A stretch of 64,000 bases of DNA from an uncultured Clostridia bacterium (GTDB lineage: Bacteria; Bacillota; Clostridia; Oscillospirales; Oscillospiraceae), in NCBI GenBank assembly GCA_947653875.1, contig CANTIK010000010.1, positions 12,366 to 76,365 on the forward strand, read 5' to 3'. Below the pieces are notes generated by a model. It did not search any database, was not told where the DNA came from, and saw only the letters and a program-made list of their open reading frames with translations. The translations under genes were made by a program, and so were the position numbers. Positions 20,317 to 28,152 of the stretch are shown here, piece by piece. Each line of letters starts with the position of its first letter. Within the stretch, counting starts at the first letter, position 1.

Positions 20317-20493
20317 TTTTTTAGAACCTGTATTCATAACCGGAGGATGCTGGATGGACGAGGATTTTTCTCGTCAGACAAGGAGATTTTTCGCAGCAAT
20401 CCTGACGGATTGCAAGGGAAATCGACGCAGTATGGCGGGAAAAAGACCGGCCAGACGGCGTACTACGGTTGTGAATACAGGTTCTTATAGTGT

Positions 20494-20530
20494 AACAGGA
20501 GGACCATCCGTAGGATGGTCCTCCTGTTTT
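20494..20530 (+). terminator. Intrinsic terminator
   Basis: 16 bp perfect stem AACAGGAGGACCATCC/GGATGGTCCTCCTGTT followed by TT. Confidence 0.6.
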
Positions 20531-20661
20531 GGTATATAGCGGTCTTTAGGGAAAGTCCGGGAAAAATATTACGGAGGAGGCGCAACCAACGGGGCGGTTT
20601 GGCAGTCTTTATAGGTGAAAGCCGGTTTTCATGGAATCTGACAAATCTGGAGGTGATCGGA

Positions 20662-21210
20662 TTGACGGATGAGGAGCTGCTGGGGCTCTATTTTGCCCGC
20701 TCAGAGGAGGCCATCCAGGCTACGGGGATGGTGTATGGGCCCTACTGCCGGGCTATCGCTCTGCGGATCCTGGACAGCGAGGAGGATGCTGAGGAGTGTC
20801 TGGCGGACGTGTGGCTGCGGGTCTGGAACGCCGTTCCGCCGGAGAGGCCGGAGCATTTCAAGGGCTGGCTGGGCGTTATTACCCGGAATCAGGCGCTGAC
20901 CCTTCTGCGCTCCAGGGAGCGGAGGCCCCGGCAGGCGGATGAGGCTGCTCTGGAACTGGCCCTGTCCCTGTCCGGCGGGCCGGAGGCCGAGCTGGAGGCC
21001 AGGGAGCTGGGACGGGCCGTCTCCGCTTTCCTTGCGGGCCAGCCGGAGAGGAATCGGAGCGTGTTCCTCCGCCGGTACTGGTATGGCGACACGGTGGAGG
21101 AGGCCGCACGGTGGGCGGGCTGGAGCCTCAGCCGGACGAAATCGGCGCTGTTCCGGATGCGGAAGAAATTGAAGGACTATCTGAAAAAGGAGGGGCTTTA
21201 TCATGAATAA
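20662..21210 (+). CDS. ECF-type sigma-70 family RNA polymerase sigma factor
   Basis: TTG start after GGAGGTG. Region 2 (DVWLRVW) and region 4 HTH (TVEEAARWAGWSLSRTKSALFRMRKKL). Confidence 0.8.
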   Translation: MTDEELLGLYFARSEEAIQATGMVYGPYCRAIALRILDSEEDAEECLADVWLRVWNAVPPERPEHFKGWLGVITRNQALTLLRSRERRPRQADEAALELALSLSGGPEAELEARELGRAVSAFLAGQPERNRSVFLRRYWYGDTVEEAARWAGWSLSRTKSALFRMRKKLKDYLKKEGLYHE

Positions 21211-22147
21211 GGACAAGATCATGGAAGCGATGGATCACATTGACCCCGCGCTGGTCGAGGAGGCGGGACGGGAACTTTCCGTGGCAAAGCGGGGCCGGAG
21301 AGGATGGAGCCGGGCGGCTGTCATCGCCGCGTGCCTGTGCGCCGTGCTGGCGGGGACAGCGGTGGCGGTGGAGCTGTCCGGGGTGCGGATCGTGGATATC
21401 TGGAATAATGAGATGAGGGCCACCGGTCCGGACGGTACTCTGGAAGAGGTTTCCGGCGTTACCATCAGCAGAGATATCCGGTATTTTTCCATTGACGAAC
21501 TCTCTCAGCAAATCATGGAATTGGACCAGGGATTTACGGAGCCCGCCGCCAGAACGTTCTCCTCCTGGGAAAAAATGGAGGACTTTGTGGGGATCCGGGT
21601 TATGGAAAACCCCGTGCTGGATGAAGCCCATTCGGGCGGCACTATGGATGTAGGCCTGCCGGACGGTAAGGGCAGGTTTGTGGCCCACTTCAGTCCAGGC
21701 CCTGGACATGCCGCTGACGGTGTAACGCCGATGGACGGCATCGTGGCTGTCAGGATGTATGGCTGCTATTCTCTTCGCAGCGGCAGCCCGGAACTGCAGC
21801 CCTGGGGTGGGGTCGACATTACTGTTTCTGCGGAACTGGCGATCGACACGGAGAACAATTTCCTTGATGAGATGGAGCTGCTCTATTCGGATGACGCGGC
21901 CGCTGTTCAAGAGACTTATGTGACCCCCAACGGCCTGAACGTTCTGATCTCCAAGACGGAGATCCCGGAACAGGAAGGCGGCAGCGTGCCAAGTCCGGCT
22001 GTTGACTGGTATACTGCGTACTTCACATTGGACGGTATTTTCTTCCGTATCAGCGCCGTAGATTACAAGGACTTCAATGGCGGGAATATCCCTGCCGGGC
22101 TGGTGGAGGAGACCCTGAAAGAGGTTCTGGACGGCTTTGTCTGTTAG
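21203..22147 (+). CDS. Putative anti-sigma factor (single-pass membrane protein)
   Basis: Overlaps the sigma gene stop. Short cytoplasmic N-terminus, a TM helix, then a large extracytoplasmic domain. Confidence 0.55.
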   Translation: MNKDKIMEAMDHIDPALVEEAGRELSVAKRGRRGWSRAAVIAACLCAVLAGTAVAVELSGVRIVDIWNNEMRATGPDGTLEEVSGVTISRDIRYFSIDELSQQIMELDQGFTEPAARTFSSWEKMEDFVGIRVMENPVLDEAHSGGTMDVGLPDGKGRFVAHFSPGPGHAADGVTPMDGIVAVRMYGCYSLRSGSPELQPWGGVDITVSAELAIDTENNFLDEMELLYSDDAAAVQETYVTPNGLNVLISKTEIPEQEGGSVPSPAVDWYTAYFTLDGIFFRISAVDYKDFNGGNIPAGLVEETLKEVLDGFVC

Positions 22148-22290
22148 ACAGAGGCATGAGGCGGGACGGAACAGTTCCGATACAGGGAGAAGGGGGAGCG
22201 GCAAGGATGCCGCTCCCCCGGTTTTTGTCCGCCTTGCAGTCGGCGGCCGCTTGTGGTATGATAGGGGAAAACATGAGGGGAGATACAAAA

Positions 22291-23100
22291 ATGAAGGAAA
22301 AGGTACTGCTGTTAGGCGCAAATGGATTGGTGGGACGGGCGGTGGCCGCCGCCCTGCGGGAGGACTATCAGATCATCCCCGCGGCGGGGCACGGCACGCC
22401 GGAGGGCGGGTACTGCCTGCCAGTGGAGGCGCCGGGACGGCTGGCGGAGGTACTGGAGCTGGAAGCGCCGGAGATCGTGATCTCCTCTATTCGAGGGGAT
22501 TTTGGGCAGCAGATGGCCTTCCATGAGGCGCTGGCGGAAAGGCTGGCGGGGAGTGGGGCGCGGCTGCTGTATGTGTCTACGGCGAACGTGTTTGACGGGG
22601 ATCTGTCGCGGCCCCGGAGGGAAGTGGATGAGCCCACGCCGGAGTCGGAATATGGCGTTTTTAAGCGGGACTGCGAGGCCATGCTGGAGGAAAGGCTGGG
22701 GGAGCGGCTGAGCGTTTTCCGGCTGCCTTCCGTGTGGTCGGAGGGTTGTCCCAGACTCAGGATGCTGGAGAGGCACAGCCGGAGCGGGGAGCCCCATCAC
22801 ACCTGGCGGGGGGATACGGTGAATGTTGCGCTGGCGAGACAGGTGGGGGACTGGGCGCGGTATGTGCTGGGGCATGGACTGCGGGGAATCTTCCACGTGG
22901 GGACCACGGATATGGCGGACTACTTTGCGTTTGAGAAGATGGTCTGCGAGGCGCTGGGCATTCCGGAGCCGGTGTTTGAGATCGAGGAAGTCGGATGGGA
23001 AGCATACCAGGCGGTGCTGCCGGGGAGGGAGGAAATCCCGGAGGAGCTGCAAATGACGGTGGCGCAGGTATTGGAGAGCCTGCGGGACGGCAGACGTTAA
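22291..23100 (+). CDS. SDR-family NAD(P)-dependent oxidoreductase (RmlD-like)
   Basis: Start at MKEKVLLLGANGLVG (Rossmann GxxGxxG). Confidence 0.65.
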   Translation: MKEKVLLLGANGLVGRAVAAALREDYQIIPAAGHGTPEGGYCLPVEAPGRLAEVLELEAPEIVISSIRGDFGQQMAFHEALAERLAGSGARLLYVSTANVFDGDLSRPRREVDEPTPESEYGVFKRDCEAMLEERLGERLSVFRLPSVWSEGCPRLRMLERHSRSGEPHHTWRGDTVNVALARQVGDWARYVLGHGLRGIFHVGTTDMADYFAFEKMVCEALGIPEPVFEIEEVGWEAYQAVLPGREEIPEELQMTVAQVLESLRDGRR

Positions 23101-23111
23101 GAGGAGAATGT

Positions 23112-24167
23112 ATGGAAAGACGGAAAGAGATCAACGGCAGGCTGGTCCGGTGGATCGCGGAGAAGGCGGAGCGGGAATATGCGGAGGATATCAGCCTGGT
23201 ACTGATATATGGGTCCTATGTCAACGGTACGGCCAACAGCAGGTCGGATGTGGACTGCTGCTTTATTCCGAAGACGGAACGCGGATATGAGATGGCGGCG
23301 GGGTTTATCCTGGAGGGTGTGGGGTATGACATATTCCCGATGTCCTGGGAGCGGATAGAACGGATCGCCTGTCTGCGGGAGAACTTGACGCCGCTGGTGG
23401 GAGATGCTGAGATCATTTTCTGCGGCAGTGCGGAGGATATGGCGCGGTTTCAGGGAATGCAGGAGAAATTGCAGTGCTGTCTGGCTGACGGTGCGTACGT
23501 CCGGGAGATTGCAGAGGAGCGGTGCAGGGAGGCAGGGCGGCTCTGCGGGATGCTGGAGCGTGTACGCACGGAGACAGAGGCATGGAAGCTCACGGGAATG
23601 GTCATCATAACGCTGGCAGATGCGGTGGCAGTATTCCACCACCGGTACTTCCATTTTGGGCTGAAACGGCAATTTGAGGATCTGATGAAGATCCAGGAAG
23701 TGCCGGAGGAGATTGTGGAGGGGTACAGGAGCGTGGTGAAGGCGGCCAGTGGAAGCGAGGCGGCGGTTTGCGCCAGGAAGATGCTGGCGGATGTTTGCAG
23801 GCATCTGTGGGTTGCGGTGCCGGTACAGGCGGCGATGGAGGATGCAAGTCCGGGAGGAGGCGCCATCGACGGAATGCAGCTTGCGGGACTCTATGAGGAG
23901 ATCAGTTCGACCTTCAATAAAATTTACGTGTGCTGTGAGACTGGAAACGCGGTCCTGGCGTTTCTTTCGGCAGTGTGTCTGCAGAGGGAATTAGACGAGG
24001 TGGGTGAGTATGATCTGCTGGAGGCGTACGACCATAGAGCGCTGGACAGGCTGGCGGAGGCCGCCCGGAGGATCGAGGCAGAGCTTGTTGGCCTGATCGA
24101 GGAGAACGGCGGGCGTATCCGGCGGTATGGAAGCTTTGAGGAGTTTGCGGCACATAGGGGATGTTAA
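23112..24167 (+). CDS. Nucleotidyltransferase-domain protein (KNTase/ANT-like)
   Basis: YGSYVNGTANSRSDVDCCF minimal-NTase motif followed by a helical C-terminal domain. Confidence 0.65.
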   Translation: MERRKEINGRLVRWIAEKAEREYAEDISLVLIYGSYVNGTANSRSDVDCCFIPKTERGYEMAAGFILEGVGYDIFPMSWERIERIACLRENLTPLVGDAEIIFCGSAEDMARFQGMQEKLQCCLADGAYVREIAEERCREAGRLCGMLERVRTETEAWKLTGMVIITLADAVAVFHHRYFHFGLKRQFEDLMKIQEVPEEIVEGYRSVVKAASGSEAAVCARKMLADVCRHLWVAVPVQAAMEDASPGGGAIDGMQLAGLYEEISSTFNKIYVCCETGNAVLAFLSAVCLQRELDEVGEYDLLEAYDHRALDRLAEAARRIEAELVGLIEENGGRIRRYGSFEEFAAHRGC

Positions 24168-24255
24168 CTATTCGGGCGGAATTGCATGAGCTGCCTGGTG
24201 GATTTGGGGGACGAGGGACGGTATAATGGGGACATCCTAAGAAGAAAGAGGTGCC

Positions 24256-24723
24256 ATGATGAATTTGGGAAACAACCTGTTCCAGGCGCGTAAGAAATGC
24301 GGGCTCTCTCAGGAGGAGGTGGCGGAAAAGCTGGGGGTGAGCCGTCAGACCATATCCAAGTGGGAAACCAGTGAGACGCTGCCCGACATCCGGCAGTCCA
24401 AACGGCTGGCGCTCTTGTACCGCCTGTCGCTGGACGAACTGATCGACTTTGATATGGATATTCAGGAGGTGGAGCAGGCCATTGAGCGGACCAGTGCCGC
24501 TCTGGAGGAAAAAATCGATTGGACAAAGGCTTGGGGCAAAAAATACCCCATCCTGCTGACCTACCGGCAGGATGTGAACGTGGGCAACTACGCCGTACAG
24601 CTGTCCGCAATGATCGCAGATCTAAAAAGCAGCTACGGCTACAGTGAGCTGGACGCCTTCCTGGTATTGAAGGATATTCTGGCCGCCGTCTGGAAGAGCC
24701 GGAAACAGCGGGAAAAGGCGTAA
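24256..24723 (+). CDS. XRE-family HTH transcriptional regulator
   Basis: LSQEEVAEKLGVSRQTISKWE HTH_3 motif. Confidence 0.8.
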   Translation: MMNLGNNLFQARKKCGLSQEEVAEKLGVSRQTISKWETSETLPDIRQSKRLALLYRLSLDELIDFDMDIQEVEQAIERTSAALEEKIDWTKAWGKKYPILLTYRQDVNVGNYAVQLSAMIADLKSSYGYSELDAFLVLKDILAAVWKSRKQREKA

Positions 24724-24769
24724 GGCAGCCGGAGAGGTCCGATAACGGGGGCGCGGGAGCGCCGGAAAT

Positions 24770-24803
24770 AAAAAAGATGCACCGCGCAGCGGTGCATCTT
24801 TTT
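24770..24803 (+). terminator. Intrinsic terminator
   Basis: GATGCACCGC/GCGGTGCATC stem plus TTTTT. Confidence 0.65.
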
Positions 24804-24861
24804 GGGAGCTTGTCCGGCACAACGGACGCCGGCAGTTTGCAAGTTAACTCCTAGTGAGGCC

Positions 24862-25359
24862 TCATTTTGCGATATATCCCGTCCTTGCAAGACGGTCGAT
24901 CGCTGAATCGATCCTCTTTTCCGAATACTTATTCCCCTTGATTTTAATAACTCCCAGTTTTACAGCAGATACCTCTTTTTTTGCCTGCAAATAGACATAA
25001 AGCGACGTGGCCAACAGCTCCAGCTCGCTTGGGGAATCCTTGGCAAATTCATCTATAACCTCATTAACAATTGCATCATTATAAGGCTCACGTTCCAGAA
25101 CGGATGTATCTGCCACAGAAATCAAATGTTCCATAGGGGTATAATGGATTTGCAAAATGCCCTCGTCACTTAATTCTCTAACCGCAAAATCTAAATCCGC
25201 ACTATATGGCCCATAGAAATGAATTCCGTAATCACAGCCAAGGTCTATCTGCTTTGCCTGAATCAGGAACACAATTTTTTGAAGTGTTTTTTTACACGGC
25301 GGAGCGTTTTCCTTCGTTATCCTGTTGACGATATTTACAATTGCATGATTATTGACCAT
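24862..25359 (-). CDS. YwgA-like small protein (possible DUF4065/Panacea-like fold)
   Basis: ATG at 25359 with GGAGG 8 nt upstream. 165 aa. KTLQKIVFLIQ...FYGPYSADLD motif. AT-rich. Immediately downstream of the HD gene, as in the B. subtilis ywfO-ywgA pair. Confidence 0.6.
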   Translation of the reverse strand: MVNNHAIVNIVNRITKENAPPCKKTLQKIVFLIQAKQIDLGCDYGIHFYGPYSADLDFAVRELSDEGILQIHYTPMEHLISVADTSVLEREPYNDAIVNEVIDEFAKDSPSELELLATSLYVYLQAKKEVSAVKLGVIKIKGNKYSEKRIDSAIDRLARTGYIAK

Positions 25360-25376
25360 GAATAATCCTCCGAATT

Positions 25377-26678
25377 TCAATCGCTTTGTAAGCGCTCTAT
25401 TTCTGCCAATACCTCCCCGACGATGTCCTTGCCTGCATAAATGCGATGGATGTTAATGGGCCTTACGATAGATTCTAAAATAATGGACTCTTCCATAATA
25501 TTTGTCACAGCGCGCGTCTGTGGATCAAGAATCATAATACCCTTTCCGCTGTCATCCTGAGGCGCAAGCAGCACCGGCGCAAGCTTATGTGCAGCTTTAT
25601 CAACACTGTCGTAGGCAACTTGGTCTCCATATGCCTCTTGCAGGATTTTATAGATCACTTTGGCATTTGTCTTTTCACCTTTTCCTGCATGAGCTTTTGA
25701 TTCAAATACACATGTCATAATTTCTCGCTGCTTAAAGGCAATGACCTCCGGTGCCTCCGAATCTGCAATCAAGCTGAGAATTCGAGAATCATTCCATTTC
25801 AAATACTCGTGAACTTCCGTTGGATACTTTCCATTTGGGAGGATCGCTTTCAAACTTTTGACCAGAACCTTGTCCAAATATCTGCGTGTCTTATGGAAAT
25901 AAACCTGGATAAACATAAAATATCTCGCAAGCACGAATTCCTCTAAGGCCTGGACACCTCCCCTCTCAATAGCAAGCTGTAGTGTGTGGTCATCTTTATA
26001 GACAGTCAATGTTGAAATAAATCTATTCAGATCATATTTGCCATAAGTAACGCCACAATACAAAGAGTCCCTCAACAAATAATCCATCTTATCGCAGTCA
26101 AGCTCGCCATCCATAAAGCTTTGCAAAAAGAGAAAATCAGGAACGACAAATTTCTCATCTGTAACCTGTTTTCCCTCATAAATCATCCAAACAAGCTCTG
26201 GCGTGATATCATAAGCTTCACCATATTCCCGCTGAAACTTCGAGCCAATCCTGCGAATATGATCTGCGATCTCAGTTTCAGTAATAATAATCCGTGTAAA
26301 ATCTTCATGCTTTTGCCCATTCTCAAACAATTCCTCAGATGCATGAGAAAAAGGAGCATGTCCCAAATCATGGGTCAGTCCAATAATCCGGAGCAATTGC
26401 CGGTACCACGCCGTCTTACGCCGGTTTTCCTCCCTGTTATCTGAAAAGAGGTTCGGCGTTTTTTGCGTCACAGAATCAAATGCGCGGGAGGTCAAGTGCA
26501 TAGTACCGATAGAATGTCCAAACCGTGTATGTTCAGCCCCATGATAAACCAAATATGTGGTAGCTAATTGATGTATATTGCGTAATCGCTGAAAGGGAGC
26601 TGAGTTTATGATTTTTAATTCATCTTCAGAAACATCAATGAATCCATGGACAGGATCTCTAAATTGGTACATAGGCAC
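25377..26678 (-). CDS. HD-domain phosphohydrolase, YwfO/SAMHD1-like putative dNTP triphosphohydrolase
   Basis: 433 aa. EHTRFGHSIGTMHL and THDLGHAPFSH HD motifs. AT-rich relative to the flanks. Confidence 0.8.
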   Translation of the reverse strand: MPMYQFRDPVHGFIDVSEDELKIINSAPFQRLRNIHQLATTYLVYHGAEHTRFGHSIGTMHLTSRAFDSVTQKTPNLFSDNREENRRKTAWYRQLLRIIGLTHDLGHAPFSHASEELFENGQKHEDFTRIIITETEIADHIRRIGSKFQREYGEAYDITPELVWMIYEGKQVTDEKFVVPDFLFLQSFMDGELDCDKMDYLLRDSLYCGVTYGKYDLNRFISTLTVYKDDHTLQLAIERGGVQALEEFVLARYFMFIQVYFHKTRRYLDKVLVKSLKAILPNGKYPTEVHEYLKWNDSRILSLIADSEAPEVIAFKQREIMTCVFESKAHAGKGEKTNAKVIYKILQEAYGDQVAYDSVDKAAHKLAPVLLAPQDDSGKGIMILDPQTRAVTNIMEESIILESIVRPINIHRIYAGKDIVGEVLAEIERLQSD

Positions 26679-26973
26679 TCTCCTTTTGTAAAGGGAGACA
26701 TAGTTTTTTTATTTTAACAGAAATGTATACAGATTTCAATCCCTTGATTGTGGATATCCTTTCAGGCCTCCCGGTCCGAAGGGCTTTTTTATCCAATTCA
26801 TGACATCAGTACGCCTTCTCCACGCCGCCGGAGCAACCCCCACCGATTTGGTGAACTCCTTGTTATCATCGGGAAACCATATATAGCAATCATCAGAATT
26901 CCTGGCAAAAGCTCGGGGATACAAAGGGCGCATGGCCGCGTTGTCGTCCTTGGCGGGCGTCAGCCCGCCTGCG

Positions 26974-27041
26974 TCCTCCGCCTTGCCCTGCGCCCTTTGT
27001 CCTCCCCTCCTTTTTTGTCATGAATTCTGAAGCTTGCTATA
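26974..27041 (+). repeat. 68 bp repeat, copy A (inverted partner at 40003-40069)
   Basis: About 64 of 68 positions identical to the reverse complement of 40003-40069, with one 1 nt indel. Confidence 0.8.
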
Positions 27042-27043
27042 TA
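27015..27043 (+). promoter_or_regulatory. Sigma-A-like promoter inside repeat copy A
   Basis: TTGTCA, 17 nt spacer, TATATA, pointing toward the XRE gene at 27308. Confidence 0.45.
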
Positions 27044-27202
27044 TAGTCGAAGCAGTTGAAAATCGGTAAAGTTCGGCGGCCAAAACAGGGCGTGGACTTC
27101 GTTGTTGTCCTTGGCGGGCGTCAGTCCGCCTGCGTCCTCCGCCTCGCCACACCCGGTTTTCCCTCGCCTCCTTTTTACCGATTCTCAACTGCTTCGACTA
27201 TA
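27042..27202. repeat. 29 bp inverted repeat pair flanking a 103 bp spacer
   Basis: 27042-27070 versus the reverse complement of 27174-27202, one mismatch. The spacer holds a second copy (27100-27144) of the 45 nt unit at 26939-26983. Confidence 0.75.
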
Positions 27203-27307
27203 CTATAGGAAAAACAGAATATGCAACCGCTGGTTGCGGAAGTTTCAAGCGCAGTTGATAGCGTGCCGCGGGAAATGGCGGTATGATTTTGGCAAGGAGG
27301 TAAGAGA

Positions 27308-27763
27308 ATGTTGTCTGAAAAAATCTATTCACTCAGGCGGAAGAATGGACTTTCACAGGAGCAGCTTGCGGAAAAAATCGGTGTTTCACGGCAAGCGGTA
27401 TCAAAATGGGAGGGAGGGCTGTCCACCCCGGAATTGGACAAGCTCAGGGCGCTGAGCGAATGCTTTCAAATTACAATGGACGAGCTGACCGGAAACCGGA
27501 CGATCCATGGTTCCGGCGATGCAGACAGGGAGGAACAGGCCCCGGCTCCCGGCAAAGGAGGAGAGAGCAGACTGGGCGTTTGCCTCTGTGTGACAGGCGC
27601 CGTCTGTCTGATCCTGTTTGGCGTCCTGACCGTTATGCACCCATCGACTGTTGACCGGATCAGCGGCTCATCGGCGGTCACCCTGAACGGAACGGGAATG
27701 CTCATTCTCCTGTTTGTGCTGCTGATGGTTTCAGGAATGCGGATGATGTTTAAGAAAAAATAA
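27308..27763 (+). CDS. XRE-family HTH protein with C-terminal transmembrane region
   Basis: LSQEQLAEKIGVSRQAVSKWE HTH, then two hydrophobic helices. AAGGAGG RBS. Confidence 0.8.
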   Translation: MLSEKIYSLRRKNGLSQEQLAEKIGVSRQAVSKWEGGLSTPELDKLRALSECFQITMDELTGNRTIHGSGDADREEQAPAPGKGGESRLGVCLCVTGAVCLILFGVLTVMHPSTVDRISGSSAVTLNGTGMLILLFVLLMVSGMRMMFKKK

Positions 27764-27788
27764 GAACCTGTATTCAGGAGGTAACACG

Positions 27789-28025
27789 ATGAAGAAATAC
27801 AAGCGGCTGACCTGTCTTTTTGCCGTTCTTGCGGCGCTGCTTTCGCATGTCATGTGCGCCGCGGTTGCATACAGCTACTGCGCGCTTCAATGGGGCGGAC
27901 AATACGCCGGATGCAGCGCCCCGGCCGGCACAGCGTTTCTGCTGTGCATTCCATACGGGATTGGCGTGCTGATATGCGCCGCCTCGGCCTGGCTTTTCAA
28001 TGTAAAGTCTCAGCAGTCCGTATAA
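27789..28025 (+). CDS. Small membrane protein
   Basis: 78 aa, GGAGG RBS, about 3 hydrophobic segments. Confidence 0.5.
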   Translation: MKKYKRLTCLFAVLAALLSHVMCAAVAYSYCALQWGGQYAGCSAPAGTAFLLCIPYGIGVLICAASAWLFNVKSQQSV

Positions 28026-28152
28026 GCGGCGACGCTCTTGAAGGCGTTCTTTCCAGCGGAATTTCTTATCTTTCGCGCCGGCCTGCCGATATGTTAGTAT
28101 AAGCAGCCATCAAAACCGCCGCGGCGGTTTGATAAGAAGGGAGGCCCCAGGA

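Noticed and set aside
20276-20539. 87 aa ORF (or its internal 62 aa version with a GGAGGA RBS at 20354)
   Set aside because: It runs through the inverted-repeat element and the terminator stem. It is highly basic and low-complexity, so it is probably noncoding.
26736-26933. 65 aa minus-strand ORF next to repeat copy A
   Set aside because: It may be the frameshifted remainder of a small gene whose 5' end (MTKRRGGQ.AQGKAED) is part of the 68 bp repeat; copy C keeps the frame. There is no RBS, no recognisable domain, and the copy-C version runs antisense into the AKR gene. It is left uncalled.
27021-27037. GAATTC and AAGCTT sites in the spacer of both repeat-borne promoters, considered as the recognition site of the adjacent R-M system
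   Set aside because: This is pure coincidence-level evidence. The endonuclease shows no resemblance to EcoRI or HindIII as far as I can recall, so no specificity claim is made.
26939-27144. 45 nt direct repeats, considered as a possible CRISPR array
   Set aside because: There are only two copies, separated by 116 bp that itself contains other repeats. There are no cas genes and no regular spacing.
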